DNA of 64,000 nucleotides, from the NCBI GenBank assembly GCA_965153455.1, contig OZ234493.1:16792213-16856212 (forward strand). The letters are read 5' to 3'. The notes beneath the pieces are model-generated. The model was given only the letters and a program-made list of their open reading frames with translations, searched no databases and was not told the origin of the DNA. This document shows positions 1 through 10,590 of this stretch, in pieces. The stretch is from Sphagnum compactum. Taxonomy: Eukaryota. The stretch's first letter is position 1, and each line of letters starts with the position of its first letter. The position numbers and the translations under genes were made by a program.

Positions 1-280
1 ATTAAAAAATAACAAGGAAATAATAGCCTAACAAGTTTTTACAAAATTAAATAAATTATAAATATATAATTATATAGTATACTTGTTGTTGTGTGTAATC
101 TTTTTTTCTTTTGTCAAGATCGGGGTGATAGGTTGTGTTAATGGGATTTTTCTCTATGCCCATCAGTTTCCTACTTCGCAACTTTTTCAATTATAAATTC
201 TGAAACACCAAATACATCTGAAATCTAAAAATCTATGAACAATCCTACAAGATGCACTTCTTTTGTCATAGTTTCAAAAA
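1..280. repeat. Duplicate of 41310-41590: flank plus a truncated LTR end
   Basis: 1-135 matches 41310-41444. 136-~280 (tgttaatgggattttt...) matches the start of the LTR at 41445, so the same LTR/flank junction occurs twice. Confidence 0.85.
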
Positions 281-360
281 ATCAGACTTAGTTTGTTCTT
301 GCGAGGGGTTCAACTCCGTGTAACATCCTAATGAAGTTAGACTAGATTTGGCTAGGCTAG

Positions 361-3300
361 GTTTTCCTAGGTAGGCAGGTTAAGCTAAGTAGGTTTAGGT
401 AGGTATGTTAGGCCATGTAGGCAACTTGGGTAGGGAAACTAGCTTGGTAGGTTCAGGTAGGCAAGATACATAGGTTTCTAGGTAGGTAGAAGTGTTTTTT
501 TTTCAATTTTCGGATGGAGTTAGGGTGGCAAGCATCACTAGGTAGATTTAGACAGATTTCATCAAGTTGGAGACATTAATTTAAAGGACTCTTAAAACTG
601 TAGCCCCCCCCCCCCATTGTTGTCATTTTTTCGCGATTTTAAATGACAAACCCTGTTTGTATTGGTAGCCAGGGAATTTTTAAATAAAAAATCTGGGAAA
701 AAAAAACACAGGTCAGTAGCTTAACTTGGTGGGTTTGGGTAGGTAGGTATAAATGACAACTTCAAGTTCACCATCTTTGAAACCACCACATGGCACAATC
801 TAGTTTATTTCATCTGCCATGTGGTTGGGTGATGGGATGCACACATAGTCACAGGTGCCATTAATTGGCTTCTTTAGATGTGGGCATGTGTCACAATTTT
901 TGACATCGTGATAACTTTATATGGTGATTAGTACTTGACTCTAAAACATTGGTTAGGTGATTTATTTGATTAAAGATTGTCTTATAGATCATGGTCTTTT
1001 GACCAAGAGTCGTCATATAGTCCATTGCCTATTCGACCAAGGCCTATCATAAAAATTGTTTGCTAATTAAATTAAACTTAGTCAAAGGAAACAATGGCAT
1101 TTTAGATGGAAATTAATCACTTCGACCATATGTTAATTGATCATTCTTGGTTGTTCATCTTCTCACTGCCCTTGGTGTTTTCTATTATTTTATACTTGAA
1201 TACACATTGGGTTTTTGACCCATCCTAATTCTAAATGAAAATGTGTCGTCATATTTCATGATCACTCCATGTTTTAGGCTAATTGGTTTTTTAAACCAAC
1301 CATGTTTTACGATGTGTTAAAATTGATCCCCTACAAACATAATTATTTTGTTGATAATTCAGGTCTACAAATGGTGACAAGGTTAATTAAGCATAATCCA
1401 ATAGTCGCAATGGTTACATGCTTAAATGGAATTCAGATTATATAATCATAAACCTATTACATTGTCCAAATATGTTTACATTGGCATCTAGAAAAAAGGT
1501 TCAAAAGATGTTCCATGTGACAAAAACACAGCATGATCTAATATCAACCAATAAATTGTCGCTTCTAATATATACACTGACCCTGCAATCCCTACAAACA
1601 AGTTTTTATTTGTTGCCTAAGTATGCATCGACATGATTAAAAAATGCATCAATATCCATTGATGTTGGTTCCTTGAAACAATGATTTTAAATTATTAAAT
1701 CATTAATAATTTAAATAATGATCAATGAAAGAGAATTTTCAATTGACATTATTGTATGGTTTGTGAGATAATCATGAGAAAGTTGAATGTGCCTGTAACA
1801 TAAATTATGTGATTTAATTACATTGCTTTATAAGATTGTTAAATGGATTCACCTTGTAGACGATGCCAAAGCCACATTCTACAAGCTTGTTGCTTTGATG
1901 AAAATCTTTAGTTGTTGTCTTCAAAATATTATATGAATATAGTGTAGGTTGCACTTCTTTGTTTGCAAACTCCGTGAAAATTGACTTGTAAACTTAATAC
2001 ACATAAAAAATTGTCAACAAAATTATCGCAAATGATACAAATCATTTTGTAAATTCAATGTGTGAAAATCATTAATAAGAATGCTTGTGTCAAACATGTT
2101 TTAACCAGAGGTCAAATTCAAATGAATTATGTTCAAAATGTTCAATGTACAAAATGCATGAATCAAAACTTTGAAATAGAACTTGACTTTAAGCATACCT
2201 TTTTGGATTTCACGTAAAATGATCATATTTGCACGATATTTCCAAAATGTGATGGTAAATATTATACTTCCCACAATCATGAAAAATGGAAGTGTTGTTG
2301 ATAGTGTCCATATTAACACCCTTTTGTCATTTGTTGGAGTGGGGGGGCTAAATAAATACTTATTTCAAAACCAATGATGCCTTATCATCACTTGTATTTG
2401 AACATTCCCATTGAATTTTTTGATGGTTATTAACACATGTTTGTGATGTAACATATGTGTATATTTGAAATAGAATAATTTTAATATGGATCCTAGTATT
2501 TCCAACCCGGAATAACAATTGTAGATAAGTTGTATCGACAATTGTATGCTTTATGTAAAGATGCTAACCAACCATCTATTTAAAATATTTCAACTTGTTC
2601 AAAGGCATGAGGAGAATAAATTAATCCAGCCGTGTGGCAACAAGGATTCCCTCCAAGTTTGCAAGCAAAATAATTGCCACTCCAATTTCAATAATTTTCC
2701 AACTATAACACAAAAATCACATTTGCTAGGAAAATTGCTCTTCACACGATGAAAATTGATGAAAAATTCAATGCAATGCAATCTACTTAATTAATTTCAT
2801 TATAAAAAATTCACAAATGTGTATTTGACCTTGGATATGGGTAAGATTGGATACTTACAAAACCGGTGAATATGTGTCACTTTCCCAAGGTGGGATGAGT
2901 CCAATTATATTATTAATTCGCAACAGATATTTCCCCCCCCAAATGTGATGTGTTTATGTTTGTCACATTGAGGATTCCACTAAAGTTATTTTGATCAAAG
3001 TTTCTGCATCAATGAATTTGAATAAAAATTATTTCAAAATTCCATGTACCAAAACATGTAAACTATTGAAAAATTGAAATGGAAATAATCTAGCTCCTAT
3101 AAAAACTTCAACATATTTGTAATTAGTAATTATAATAGGTGAATGATTGAAAAATCTAAATGCTAGTAGCGGCAATTGTGTTGAACTCAAATAAAATAAT
3201 TCTATTTAAATAGATAAACAAGGTCTATTCGTGGCAAATTTACCACAAATTTAGTTGTTTTTAAATCATTTTTTTCGCCAAAATACCCAAATTGTCTCCA

Positions 3301-6300
3301 TTGTTAATACTCCAACAACTTCAACAAGGTACTAAGGTGCAGTCACACTAACACAAGCCATAGCAAATGGAACCAATGCCTAAGTTTTCATGTCTAAAAG
3401 TGGTAATTTAATTTGGTGTTGAAAGTATAAGATTTTTTTATATAATAAGGTTCATAATATGTCATTGGAACATGTGAATTAATTTGAATAATATTCAACG
3501 AATAATAAAATTTCAAAAACATTCATTAAACACTATAACGAATGTTTTTTTAACACTTATAAATATACTTCAATTTTTTTGAGAATTACATATATTTTCA
3601 AATATTTAACATAAACCTTGACATAATAATATTAAAATTTTTATAAAGATCTTTGAAGTTGTTTTTGAAGACTTTTTTAAAAATATTTTAATAACATTCC
3701 CTTCAAAGCAATCCCAAAAGTAGGCGAATGTGAGTCGTGTTATCCCATTTGCATGTTAGTATGAACAATGAAAATTTCTAATTAAAATTGTAATGCATAT
3801 AATAAAACACTTGATAGGATTGGAAGGCCTATTCACACAACTTCCAACATGGGTGAACAATGGAGAAGTTTGTAAGGCAATGGGCCAATAAACATGTTTC
3901 CTGCCATGCTCCTATAAATAACAGGTAGTAAATGGAATCAAATTCAGATATAAAAGTCAAAACACTTGATTCAAACTTGGAAACGATGTGAACTCAAAAC
4001 CCATATGGTCTATGCAAAACTGAAGGACCATTCTAGATTCTAATTTTATTAGAGATTTTTCCAAAATAATCAAAATCATCAATTCCCACCACATCATGAT
4101 GTGATTGAGATTCTTCAATAAATGGTCAACACCCCCAATCCCACCAAAGTTAATTTGAACCTATTGGTTGATATTTTTGTTTAAAATAATTATTCATTGT
4201 GAGTAATAAAGTTCTTAAGCAAAAATAATAATATTCATATCATGTACTAGTCTTATGTGCTTGCACCAAGATATGGTACTTTAGAGAAATTTGATGAAGT
4301 GCAAATTGGAACTAAGATGATTAAATTCCCTTTTGATCCTTAAGGGGCTATAATGACCCTAATAACCAAGTAATTTTAATATGCATTTGGACATAACAAG
4401 ATTTTGGCTTGACTAAAGGCACATTCTGTATATCGAAGAGATTGATTTTTATGCACTTTTGCAAACTTATTATTGTGGGAAATAACAAGTATCCCATTCC
4501 ACTAGGTTATATTCAAGCTAAAGTGTGCAACATGTGAGCTTCGGAGGACCTTGAATAAATAAATAAATAATTCAAATGGACAGAATGCCATGCATGCACT
4601 ATGATTTTGTCAACAAATTTACCAATTGACTGATTATATAATTGTTTTGATGTTGGGCATGTTCAAAGGACCACTAGTTTTTCTTTGGAAAAGAAACAAA
4701 AGTTACTTTTGCTTGGATTAAGATTGACAATTAAAATGTAAATTGTTTTCCAAATGCTTGATGTAATGTTTTAGACTTTGTCTATGTGTAAACCTAGTTA
4801 AAATTAATTTTACTTGAACCTTATAGCTCTTAATTTCATGGTGGGTATGATGGATGTACACAATATATGAATAGGTAATTAGTGCAACATATATTGTGGT
4901 AAATTATTGGTCCTCTTTAATTTCGAATTTTTCTGATTGAAGGAGGAGTCAACAAATGACTCCTTAAGATAAAAAGAAGTTCATTGTAATAAACAAGCAT
5001 TTTAGGTCTTGCAATGATGAAAATTTGAAACACTTACAAATATTTGAGAGATAATGAACAATTTGAGGTATTAAATGTTGGAAAGCTTCCATCAAATTTA
5101 TTCTTAGATATGTCCAAAACTTGAAGTGTTGATGGCACATCAAGAAAATCACCATTGAAATTATTATTGTTCATCAACCTACAAAACAAAAGAATATCCA
5201 AAATGTAAGAAACATGCAACCAAAAGTTTATTTCAATATATTTTTGTAGTTTGATCCATCCAATTAGTTGTACATTTAAGTTCAATCCAGAAAGATTGTA
5301 CAATTCTTTTTAATGAGATTTTCAAAACTTTCGATGATCTATAAGTTATTAACGAATTATTTTATTACAGCCATTCTTGGAAAATAAACTGAAATTTCCA
5401 AATTCTTGATTTCTCATTATGATAATAAGATTATCCATCATACACCATATATTTTGATAAGTTTCTAAAGACTAAATTAAATATTCCCACTTGAGATATT
5501 AAAAAAATAGGGGTTCAAGATTGAAAATTTCAACTCGTTTCAAATGTATGGTAACTTTAGTCATGCCCTAGATTAATTTTATGAGTTTGAAATAATTTAT
5601 TCGATTGAACATATTAATATTGGATATAACAACTTTTTTGAATAACCACTACTAAAGGAGTAATTGCTAAAAGTCCCATCATTGCATATATAATATTGTC
5701 AAATTTTTCAATGTCACATTCAAGGTGAAAAGAAAACATGATGCAACCACTTCAATGGAAGGTTTTTGTATACTCACAACACTAACAACCCAACATTAAG
5801 GTTATGGAATGAACTCGAAACATTCCGCGAAAAATTGTTGTATGAAATGTCCAAGTTGGTGATTTCAGTAATGTTGGTCAATGATCCAAGAAAGGCATCA
5901 AGAGTTCCATCAAGTTGATTATGGCTAATGTTTCTGCAATCAACATTTGTGGGATTGGCTATTTTAGGAATTTCATAAAGGTTTTCCCAGTCCATGTCAA
6001 GGAATTATTTAAACTTCCATCTCTCCAAATAACCGCCTCTCCTAAAGCTTCTTATTTATATAATCAACAATAACATTTTTTTCATGTCTTCCTTAGTTGT
6101 CTATATTTAATAAGCATTTATACAATCTAGCTAGAATACAAAATCAACATGAACATTGATGAAAACGTCACAATATTCAAGATTCCACCCCAAGTTGACA
6201 AACACTTCAAACTCCATTATGCAAAGTGACGCAAACTTCATTTTAAGGTTGTTATCTTAAGTACATATAATTGCACCCAAGCTAAGGGGGACAAACAAAA

Positions 6301-6790
6301 TTTCCACATGCGCAAACAGGCTTAAAGACATTTGCAAAGTGAGTTCAAAGTTCAAGGTATGGACAAAACATCAAAGACCTTATGTATCAAAAATGACCTT
6401 ATGCTAGCATGTCCATATTTGTCAAATCCACAATTGATTTCTGATATCTCTCCATAGTTGAACATCACAATGATTGTCCAGCGTTGAGAAGTTTTTGTGC
6501 TTGAGATCGTACCAACTTGAGCCTAGGTGTCATATAAGATACATTAGTTAATAAGTTAAGTTAGGTTGATAATTAGATAATAATTAAGTAAGTAGGTAGC
6601 TAAGAAGTTATTAATAGATAAAAGATAATAGTAGTGATGAAGTTGCAATGGAATCACAAGGTTATGACCACTTTCATTCTTGTGGGGTTTCTTTGGGTTT
6701 AGGTGTAAAATGCGGTTTTCCAACAGAAATTTACCACTTTGACAAATGAAAATTATTTAAAAAAAAACTGCACAAAACTTTGACAAAACC
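361..6790. repeat. Tandem segmental duplicate of 11352-24541 with two internal deletions
   Basis: 361-1623 matches 11352-12657, 1641-6391 matches ~15990-20084, and 6399-6790 matches ~24150-24541. Order and orientation are the same. Confidence 0.9.
1853..5933 (-). pseudogene. LRR receptor-like kinase pseudogene (exons 7-13 of the neighbouring paralog)
   Basis: Exons match the gene at 14235-22502. Defects: 1-nt insertion giving a frameshift near 2914, acceptor AG->GG at 1972-1973, and glycine loop LGEGGFG->LVECGFG. The signal-peptide/early LRR exons and kinase exons 14-17 are missing. Confidence 0.9.
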
Positions 6791-6854
6791 CTAAAATTGT
6801 TGTAATATGGCCCAATGCTTACTGAACACTTGCTGATGTATCTCACAGAGAACA

Positions 6855-7325
6855 GACATAATAGATGACTCTAAAAAGTATTTTTGTATTGGGGAGAGTC
6901 CTCTTCCCAAGGGAGTTGGTGAACCTGCGAATCGCCCTTGTTGGCAGGACTTCCATCCCTCCAGGAAGTCCTGGGGCCCTGTGAAGACGACTTCAGGTGC
7001 ATAAAGATTTTTCTGCTGAAACGTTTTATCATTTTGAATGGGGTTAGAGCATCTCCACCGCAAAACTGTAAAGAACTCGTTTATATTAAAAACATAATAG
7101 ATGACTCTAAAAAGTATTTTTGTATTGGGGAGAGTCCTCTTCCCAAGGGAGTTGGTGAACCTCCTTATCGCCCTTGTTAGCAGGACATCCTTCCTTCCAG
7201 GAAGTCCTGGGCCCTGTGAAGACGACTTCAGGTGCATAAAGATTTTTCTGCTGAAACGCTTTATCATTTTGAATGGGGTTAGAGCATCTCCACCTCAAAA
7301 CTGGAAAAACTCCTTCATATTAAAA
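6855..7325. repeat. ~235-bp tandem repeat, 2 units (3 units at 39443-40140)
   Basis: The unit acataatagatgactctaaaaag...tatattaaaa is repeated directly, and each unit ends ~45 bp inside the left end of a MITE. Confidence 0.85.
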
Positions 7326-7564
7326 TAGAAGAGTGATTAATGATCAGTGTCCCCACCCACAAACGTCATAAAAGTTCCTTTAAACACTCAAAGACCATTT
7401 ATGTCTTTATATCTAGCCAGTAATAGTCAATGTCCGAATCCATAGTAGAAAAAAGGTTTTGAAGGGGTTAAAATGATCACTGCAAAATTGACATCAATAC
7501 AGGAGCGCTGCAAGATCAAGATTTAATGAAAAGGGGTGTTTTCAGGCGTGCGGTGGAGATGCTC
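7282..7564. mobile_element. Tourist/PIF-Harbinger-like MITE
   Basis: TIR GAGCATCTCCAC...GTGGAGATGCTC with TTA on both sides (7279-7281 and 7565-7567). Paralog at 40095-40389. Confidence 0.75.
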
Positions 7565-7892
7565 TTATATGGCATAATGTCATGGTTCCCAGAAGAACCC
7601 TGTAAGATCTCAGGACAGCAGACCCTTGTAACGTGGTATGGAAAGATAAGTAAATGATGAAAGTTTTTCAAATGCTCAAAAATCTTTTCACAAGGGGAGA
7701 GCATTTTCCTGTGTGAGTCAAGTCACAGTGAGTGCGAGTCAGTGCGGTCCGCCCTCATCTTACACACCTCATGGCCAGGGTGAACCAGCACCTTACACCG
7801 ATACATTTACCTTTTTACTAGTCTGAACCCCGTGCCTAATGCACAGGTGTGTGTGCATTTGACAGTACATATTACAAAATTACAATTACAAA

Positions 7893-8252
7893 CTACATTT
7901 CCAAAACCTCTTTATATAGGACACTCCGCATGTATCTATCGGGACCCTGGCCACTGAAAATTTTGATGTTTGCACTACTTATGACCCGTGAAATAGCAAC
8001 ATACAGCTGACCATGGGAATAGACCGGAGACAGCAAATATACCCCAACGTTGTTGAATGTTTGACTTTGACTCTTGTTGATTGTGATTGCAAATGTCACT
8101 CGAACTGCAAATTGATGACGACTCAAAACAAATGACCAATCAGTCCCAGAGGGGGACATGATGATGCGAGGTATGAACACACGTTTGCCGACATTGTTTC
8201 CTGTGATGATTTTCCCTTCAATGACACACTGACCCAATCTTTTGACAATCAA
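7893..8252 (-). pseudogene. Helitron RepHel PIF1-family helicase, C-terminal fragment
   Basis: KRVFIPRI, QFAVRVTFAITINKSQSQT and SHGQLYVAISRV match PIF1 helicase C-terminal motifs (QFP..AFAMTINKSQGQ, HGQLYVALSRV) with substitutions. The N-terminal part is absent. Confidence 0.9.
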
Positions 8253-8331
8253 TTATATCAATTGAAGGTCTATTGTAATAATCATCAAGGACCTGAGAGA
8301 GAAACCACATTAAGATAAGTGGGCCCCAACC

Positions 8332-8600
8332 TTGCTTGAGGTGTCGTTGATTCTTGCAAGAGCAGAACAGCTTTCTTGCTTGCTTGAGGTTTCGTTGATT
8401 CGTGCATGCACAGAACAGATTTTTTACTTGCTTGAGGTGTCGTTGATTCCTGCAAGCACAAAACAGATTTCTTCCCTTGCTTGAGGTGTTGCTGATTCTT
8501 GCAAGCATAAAATAGATTCTTACTTGCTTGAGGTCTTGTTGATTCCTGCAAGAGCAAAACACATTTCTTACTTGCTCAAGTGTTGTTGATTGTTGCAAAG
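8332..8600. repeat. ~48-bp minisatellite, about 5.5 units, inside the Helitron
   Basis: Repeated unit ttgcttgaggtgtcgttgattc(c/t)tgcaag..aacag.tttcttac. Confidence 0.85.
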
Positions 8601-8966
8601 ATCACAAGATTAAAGAAAAATCCCTTTTCCATCTGTTTTTTGTTGTTGTGTTCTGTTGCAATGAAATTTGCTAGGTGGCATAACATCAACCCTTCCATCC
8701 ATTTTCAACTGGCCTCTCTAAATATCATACAAAGACAATCACACAAAAATCTCCCTATAAAGATGATGGTTAGATGGATTGATTTTCTGAATTGGAGTGG
8801 GTGCACAAAAAATTCATGATTTTCCAAACTGGAAGCGGCCAAAGAAATGCCTAAATTTGGAATTACTAACAAAAAAATTAATGGATCAATTAATTTCCAA
8901 CTGGAGTGTGCACATCAATGGAAATGGAAATGAAATCTACAATGGATTGAAAGAAAATATATACAC

Positions 8967-9401
8967 CTCAAAGCGAATTTTGTAGCTTTCACAGGAGTGT
9001 CTGTTACAATATCGTCAAGCTATGCCTGCTTCCTACACAACATTAATCCTCCCTTCCAGAGGTTCGGCACAGTTCTGACCTAGACACAAATGCAACAAAG
9101 ATTTCCAATCGATGAACCGCTTGTGGCCCTCATCACACCAACATCAATTGAGAAGAAGGCAAATAGCAACCGTGCATGAATTGGGAGCAGCGCAACGAAA
9201 AGAAAAAGAAAAAAGAGGATGAAACCCAGACCTAAATAAAGGAATTGATTTTCGGAAGAACTCCAGCCAGAACACTTTGGCACAAGTAGCCTGGTGAGGA
9301 GGATCAGAAGGAAATCGATAAGGAATCGTGCAAGGTCTTTAAGTGTAGTCCGCCCAGTGCTTCAGAACCGGAAACTGCACTTGTTCTGCAGTAGACTCCA
9401 T
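8967..9401 (-). pseudogene. Captured 5' exons of a DUF89 damage-control phosphatase (At2g17340-like) gene
   Basis: Exon 9401-9232 reads MESTAEQVQFPVLKHWADYT*RPCTIPYRFPSDPPHQATCAKVFWLEFFRKSIPLF. After a GT-AG intron, exon 9032-8967 reads RKQA*LDDIVTDTPVKATKFALR. From memory this resembles the At2g17340-type N-terminus (YRACTIPYRFPSD..P..AT..E..W...F..SIPSF, KRAE.D..V.DAP..A.KFA.R). Two in-frame stops. Confidence 0.75.
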
Positions 9402-10008
9402 TTTCCTTCTTTACATTCCCGGCGGATGGTGTGATCCCTAACACTGTTGTTGAAATCAAGACCCCATTACAAAACCCACCCAATTTATTTATTTTAAATA
9501 TACCCAACAACCTTTCCCCTTTCACCATGCAATAGCCCAGTGGAAACACATGCACACAGGAAAACGTCCCGAAGAATTTACCAAAAACAAAAAAAACAGA
9601 ATTCCATTACAGAGAAAAACTTCATACCTGATGGGTTTTTAACGATCCACTGCGTTGAAGCCGCCTCAATGTTATTATTATTAAACCCCCTTACTACCTC
9701 CACCACCACCCCAGGGGAAATATTCTCTTGGAACTCCGGAAAAATGCTCCATCATGGATCTAGTGAGTTCATGCAAAATTGAAGTGCCTGCCATATGCGT
9801 TGTTTTAAGGTACCTCTATGGTGCGAAATCGCGCAAAACGCTGATGATGATGGTGCATTCTTGGGGAAATTGGTTGCGTCAACGGAAGGTGAGGTGAAGT
9901 GGTGTGCAAGAAAATGTGGAGAAGTCAAAGCTTCTCTGCCTCCACGCGGAGACATGGGGGAGAGCGAGCAGTAGGTAGAGAGACCCAAATTGGCATGCTT
10001 CTATTTTT

Positions 10009-10190
10009 AAATAGACGGATGACAGGATGCATGAAATGTCCGTCCGGCTTAAATAGATGGATGACGGGATGGATGAAATGTTTGTCCGGTAATAAACGGA
10101 TGACGGGATGCATGAAATGTCCGTCCGGCTTAAATAGACGGATGACGGGATGGATGAAATGTTCGTCCGACTTAAATAGACGGATGACGG
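10009..10190. repeat. ~42-bp minisatellite in the Helitron 5' region (related motifs at ~11065-11195)
   Basis: Unit aaatagacggatgacgggatg(c/g)atgaaatgtccgtccggctt, about 4.5 copies. Confidence 0.85.
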
Positions 10191-10565
10191 CTTACTTAGC
10201 TTGAGCGTCGCATCGTGAACACTCCCTTTCCCGAGCTTCGCCTTCATAACATCGGCTGAAGATTTTAGGTTAAGTTAACATTCACTTAAATATTAAACAA
10301 TCACCCACACAACATTGGGTGCCACCTAAGATGCCACCTAGATTTTCACTGAACACTGACTTAACATTAGGTGTGAATGCGCCTTTATATTACATGACTG
10401 TATTTTGCAATATGTTGATGGGTATTAAATGTTTTTTACACCATATAATGAAAATGTAGCTATATTATATTAAATACATTGTTATATAAATACGTTGAAA
10501 ATTCATTTTTTTGTTGGAATATGAAAATTATTTTCAAACCGATTTCAATCAAATCTGCTCCTGAT

Positions 10566-10590
10566 AAACCCTAAACCCTAAACCCTAAAA
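10566..10590. repeat. Short interstitial plant telomere-like (AAACCCT)n tract
   Basis: taaaccctaaaccctaaaccctaaa. Confidence 0.8.

Noticed and set aside
6791-7328. Overlapping ORFs up to 158 aa (also 39368-40150)
   Set aside because: They derive from the 235-bp tandem repeat, the frames are not conserved between units, and no domain was recognised.
8332-8600. CRISPR-like array (also 10009-10190)
   Set aside because: The sequences between the conserved cores are homologous to each other rather than unique spacers. The context is eukaryotic and there are no cas genes.
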